From positions 1 through 64,000 of the forward strand of contig CAVUDW010000003.1 in the NCBI GenBank assembly GCA_963740355.1: DNA of 64,000 nucleotides, written 5' to 3'. The stretch's first letter is position 1, and the number at the start of each line of letters is the position of its first letter. The translations under genes and the position numbers were made by a program. Source of the stretch: an uncultured Gemmatimonadaceae bacterium (lineage in GTDB: Bacteria; Gemmatimonadota; Gemmatimonadetes; Gemmatimonadales; Gemmatimonadaceae). Of this stretch, positions 60,506 to 64,000 are shown piece by piece. The notes under the pieces were generated by a model that did not search any database, was not told where the DNA came from, and saw only the letters and a list, made by a program, of their open reading frames with translations.

Positions 60506-62392
60506 ATGACCACTCCGCTGCCTGCTCCGCAGTCCGACGTCTTGATCCCCGAGGCCGTGCGAGCGGCATTCGACATCGTGCGCCCGCTGGGACAGGGGGG
60601 CATGGGCTCGGTGTGGCTGGCCCGCGACCGGTTGCTGGATCGCCTGGTCGCGATCAAGGTGCTCCTCACCAGCGCGGCAAGTGACGCGACGCGCGATCGC
60701 TTTCTGCGCGAGGCGCGAACCGCCGCCAAGCTGAGTCACCCGCACATCGTGCCGGTCCACCGTGCCGACGAGTCGAACGGCCAGGTGTGGTTCAGCATGG
60801 GTTTCGTGGAAGGCGAGTCGCTCGGCGACCGGATCCGCGAGCGCGGCGCACTGCCCCCCGCCGACATCGTGCGCATCATGCGCGAAACCGCGTGGGCACT
60901 GGCCTACGCGCATGCACGCGGCGTGATCCATCGCGATGTGAAGCCGGACAACATCCTGCTCGACCGCGAGACCGGCCGGACGATGGTCACCGATTTCGGT
61001 ATCGCACGTGACCTGCGCTCATCCGATGTCCGACTGACGGCGGACGGCAGTGTGCTTGGCACGGTGCATTACATGAGTCCCGAACAGGCGAGTGATGATG
61101 TGCTCGATGCTCGGAGCGATGTGTACTCGCTCGGTGTGGTGGGCTTTCATGCGCTGAGCAACCAACTGCCGTTCGATGGCACACCGAACGCGATCCTGAT
61201 TGCACACGTCACCAAATCCGCGCCGTCGTTGCGGAGTGTGGCACCGGGTGTGCCGGGGCCGATCGCGGCGGTGATCGACAAGTGCCTCGCGAAGGAACCG
61301 TCGGCACGATGGGAGAATGCGGAAGCGCTGGCCGACGCGCTGGGCAAGGCGCTGGATGAAGTCGTGACGTCGGAACGCAGCGCCATTTCGAAGGATGCTG
61401 GCGCCGTGTTGAGTGAGAAGGAGGCGATGGGCGTGTGGCAGCGTGCAGCCCAATTGCAGGCCGAAGCGGCGCACCGGATGGAGCGGAGCGTGATGTTGTC
61501 AGCGCCGGCCGGCAGCGATGCTTCAGCACCGACGGATGCCTATCGCATGCGCGATGTCGAGGCGGCCGCTGTCGAAGCGGGCATCTCGCGCCAGTTCGTC
61601 GCGATTGCCCTGGCGGAACGCAATGCCGCGGAAGCGGGCGGTGGCTCCGCCGTGGCGCCGCTCGACGAGCGTACGGAACGCCGGATCACGACCATGCTCG
61701 GCACCACCGATCGCAGCATCAGCGTCTCGCGCGTGATCAGGGCGTCGCCCAAGACCACGCTGGCGCTCATCGGACGCGTGTTCACTGCGCAGCCGTACCT
61801 GCTCAAGGTGTCGGAAACCGTCAACGGCCACCCGCTCGACGGTGGGATCCTGCGGTTCACCGTGCCAAGTCTCTACAAGTCCATGTCCGATGGCTCGATT
61901 GGAAGTAGCATGGTCGGTTCGTCGCACGGCTTGATCTACCACTGCACCGTGCTCGACCTGTTCTTGCTGAACGTCACGCTCAAGGCACGCGGGTCGGCGA
62001 GCGCACCGGAGTGCGAAGTGGTCGTGAGCGGCGACCTGCGGGATGGGCAGCGAAAGAACTTGAAGGCGGCCTACTGGACCATCGGCTCCGTCACGGCGGC
62101 CGCAGGCGGCGCCACCATTCCGGTGGGGCTGAAGCTGATGGGCGCGCTCGCGCTGGCATCACCGATCGTGGCCGGTGTGGCGGCCATCACCGCGATCGGC
62201 ACGATGGTCGGCTATCGGGCGTCTTTTCGAAGCGCGCTTCGCAAGGCGCGCGAAGAGATGGACAAGATGCTGCTCGCGCTGCAACAGAACCTCGACAGCC
62301 AGACGCTGTTCGGCGAGATCCCGCCGCCCCCGACAATTCCGCGCAGGAGCGGCGACGACGACGCGCTGTTGGCGATCATCGCATCCACGTAG
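60506..62392 (+). CDS. Hanks-type Ser/Thr protein kinase with C-terminal membrane-associated domain
   Basis: 'LGQGGMGSVW', 'VAIK', 'HRDVKPDN', 'TDFGIA', 'YMSPEQ', 'SDVYSLG'; two hydrophobic helices near the C-terminus. Confidence 0.94.
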   Translation: MTTPLPAPQSDVLIPEAVRAAFDIVRPLGQGGMGSVWLARDRLLDRLVAIKVLLTSAASDATRDRFLREARTAAKLSHPHIVPVHRADESNGQVWFSMGFVEGESLGDRIRERGALPPADIVRIMRETAWALAYAHARGVIHRDVKPDNILLDRETGRTMVTDFGIARDLRSSDVRLTADGSVLGTVHYMSPEQASDDVLDARSDVYSLGVVGFHALSNQLPFDGTPNAILIAHVTKSAPSLRSVAPGVPGPIAAVIDKCLAKEPSARWENAEALADALGKALDEVVTSERSAISKDAGAVLSEKEAMGVWQRAAQLQAEAAHRMERSVMLSAPAGSDASAPTDAYRMRDVEAAAVEAGISRQFVAIALAERNAAEAGGGSAVAPLDERTERRITTMLGTTDRSISVSRVIRASPKTTLALIGRVFTAQPYLLKVSETVNGHPLDGGILRFTVPSLYKSMSDGSIGSSMVGSSHGLIYHCTVLDLFLLNVTLKARGSASAPECEVVVSGDLRDGQRKNLKAAYWTIGSVTAAAGGATIPVGLKLMGALALASPIVAGVAAITAIGTMVGYRASFRSALRKAREEMDKMLLALQQNLDSQTLFGEIPPPPTIPRRSGDDDALLAIIAST

Positions 62393-62494
62393 TTGACCCG
62401 CGGCGTTGTTGACCCGCGGCGCCGTTGCGGAGTATGCCGTCCGAGCGCCACCGATGGTCGGGGGCACTCGCGGCTGATTTTCGTGGAGAATCGA

Positions 62495-62956
62495 ATGCGT
62501 GATCGAGCAACGATCCGAATTGCGGCTATCGTGGGTGGTGCGGTGCTCATCGCCGGATGTGCGGGGCTGGCGTTGCCGGTCGAGCCGGGCACGTTGCGAC
62601 TGCGCGTGACCGATGTCCAGGTGTCTGGCTCGCCAGTGCAGTCGCTTCGCATCACCGGCGCGATCGACAACGGAACCGGCACACGGTTCGAAAGTGGCGG
62701 ATGTTTGCGCCCAACGATCGAAATCGACAGCGCCACGACCGGCGGCTGGGCACCACTTGGCGTGAACCAGTCGGACGACCTGGTGCAGTGCATCACCGCG
62801 TTCAACGTCGGACCGAATACGTCGCAGTCATTCGAGACGAGCTTCGTGCGCAGTTCGACGGCGCTTCCCTTCCCACGAGGTGTGTCGCTCCGGCTGCGGG
62901 CGAAGCCCCTGACAGGAAGCGATGGCCCGACCTCGACGGTCGTCATCACGCCCTGA
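62495..62956 (+). CDS. Hypothetical lipoprotein (beta-rich)
   Basis: Lipobox 'LIAGC', GGAG RBS upstream of ATG 62495, two further Cys. Confidence 0.6.
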   Translation: MRDRATIRIAAIVGGAVLIAGCAGLALPVEPGTLRLRVTDVQVSGSPVQSLRITGAIDNGTGTRFESGGCLRPTIEIDSATTGGWAPLGVNQSDDLVQCITAFNVGPNTSQSFETSFVRSSTALPFPRGVSLRLRAKPLTGSDGPTSTVVITP

Positions 62957-63095
62957 GGGCCGTCGGCGCTGGCCGGACGTCGCCCCCCCGGTGCGCTGGC
63001 TGAGGGGCCGCCCGCGACCGCCAGATTCCCGGATGCGGTAAGTTGTGGGCTGTTCCGCGCCGGGTGATGGCGCCGCTCACTCCTGTCCCTGCTGC

Positions 63096-63707
63096 ATGCG
63101 CCGTCTGGCCGGCTATTTCCTGCGTGGTCTCGTCATCATGGCGCCCCTGGCGCTGACGGTCTACGTCTGCTTCTCGATCGTGACCGCGATCGACAGCTGG
63201 ATTCCCGTCAACATTCCGGGCGTCGGATTCGCGATCACGATCGGCTTGATCACGCTGGTCGGGGCCCTTGGCTCCAACGTGCTCACCGACGGTCTGGTGG
63301 CACTGATCGACCGTCTGCTGGAGAAACTGCCGTTCGTGCGGCTGCTGTACGGCACGGCGAAGGACTTCTTCGAGGCATTCGTCGGCGAGAAGAAGCGCTT
63401 CGACACGGCTGTGCTGGTAACGCTGTATCCCGCATCAGAAGCGAAGGCACTCGGCTTCATGACGCGGAAGGATGTCGAGATGTTCGGGCTGGTCAATCAC
63501 GTGGCGGTGTACCTGCCGCACAGCTACGCCTTCACCGGCCAACTGGTGCTGGTGCCCGCCGAACATGTCACGCTGGTGCAAGCGGGGAGCGCCGAGTTGA
63601 TGACCTTCATCGTCTCCGGCGGCGTGACGGAAAAGTCGGGCAATGGTGGCACTCCCAGCGCAGGCCAGCCGCGCATCACTCCACCCGCATCCCCCGTCGC
63701 CGACTGA
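63096..63707 (+). CDS. DUF502 domain protein
   Basis: 'YFLRGL...APLALT', 'LLEKLPFVR.LY', 'LGFMT', 'VAVYLPHS..FTG', 'FIVSGG'. Confidence 0.88.
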   Translation: MRRLAGYFLRGLVIMAPLALTVYVCFSIVTAIDSWIPVNIPGVGFAITIGLITLVGALGSNVLTDGLVALIDRLLEKLPFVRLLYGTAKDFFEAFVGEKKRFDTAVLVTLYPASEAKALGFMTRKDVEMFGLVNHVAVYLPHSYAFTGQLVLVPAEHVTLVQAGSAELMTFIVSGGVTEKSGNGGTPSAGQPRITPPASPVAD

Positions 63708-64000
63708 GCAGGGAGAACATCAGTGGTCCCAGGGCTGCCGCGGTGACTGCGATGAGCAGCGCGCGACCGCCGAACTCACCCTCGCTGATCTCGATGCCGG
63801 TGACACCAACCAGAACCACCATCGGACAGATGGCGAGCAGCGTGAGACCGGCACGCCCCATCGGCAATCGGAACGGGCCGCGCAACTCCGGCTCGGTCCG
63901 ACGCAGTTGAATGAGCGCCGCGAACTCGAGACCGAGCGCCAGCGCGTAGAGCAGCACATCGGCGGAGATGAGTTCACCGAACGGCATCAACGCGAGAAAG
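63676..64000 (-). CDS. APC-family permease, C-terminal part (runs off the window)
   Basis: 'LEFAALIQLRRTEPELRGPFRLP' is a typical APC C-terminus. Confidence 0.75.
   Translation of the reverse strand, partial: FLALMPFGELISADVLLYALALGLEFAALIQLRRTEPELRGPFRLPMGRAGLTLLAICPMVVLVGVTGIEISEGEFGGRALLIAVTAAALGPLMFSLLSRRRGMRVE

Noticed and set aside
63676..63707. 32-bp 3' overlap of the convergent DUF502 and APC genes
   Set aside because: Short convergent overlaps are common in GC-rich genomes

Overview
High-GC bacterial chromosomal segment, most consistent with Gemmatimonadota. This is inferred from the PEP-CTERM tail style, the Oar-like carboxypeptidase/TonB-barrel protein, the Ser/Thr kinase and the tonB-exbB-exbD-exbD-tonB layout. 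In order it holds: a partial sugar kinase; a HipA-like kinase + DUF3037 pair; an ABC-F ATPase; a TonB-barrel-like protein with an extra C-terminal helical domain; a hutU-(ureohydrolase)-hutI-hutH-tlpA operon with a divergent FCD-type GntR regulator; a Zn peptidase; a NIDO/PEP-CTERM protein; amino-acid transporters around a K+-independent H+-pyrophosphatase; a Ton system; a two-component system; peroxiredoxin; a ThrE exporter; tRNA-Ala(TGC); a complete alternative complex III operon (actABCDEF) with a Rex-box-like palindrome upstream; a coupled operon (ABC substrate-binding protein, frameshifted heparinase-like lyase, TrmJ, class III aminotransferase, two amidohydrolases); ABC permeases; a ~550-bp inverted-repeat-bounded element with a 6x33-bp tandem array; GH38; DedA; SodA; Yip1; SpeA; an FAD oxidoreductase; a Ser/Thr kinase; DUF502; and a partial APC permease. 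I saw no CRISPR array, rRNA, transposase or prophage. The best leads are the MITE-like repeat element, the barrel protein's tail, the Deinococcus-like hut cassette, the ActB that keeps an FS0 cluster motif, the putative Rex site and the HipA-like/DUF3037 module. All family calls come from motif recognition by eye; no database search was run.
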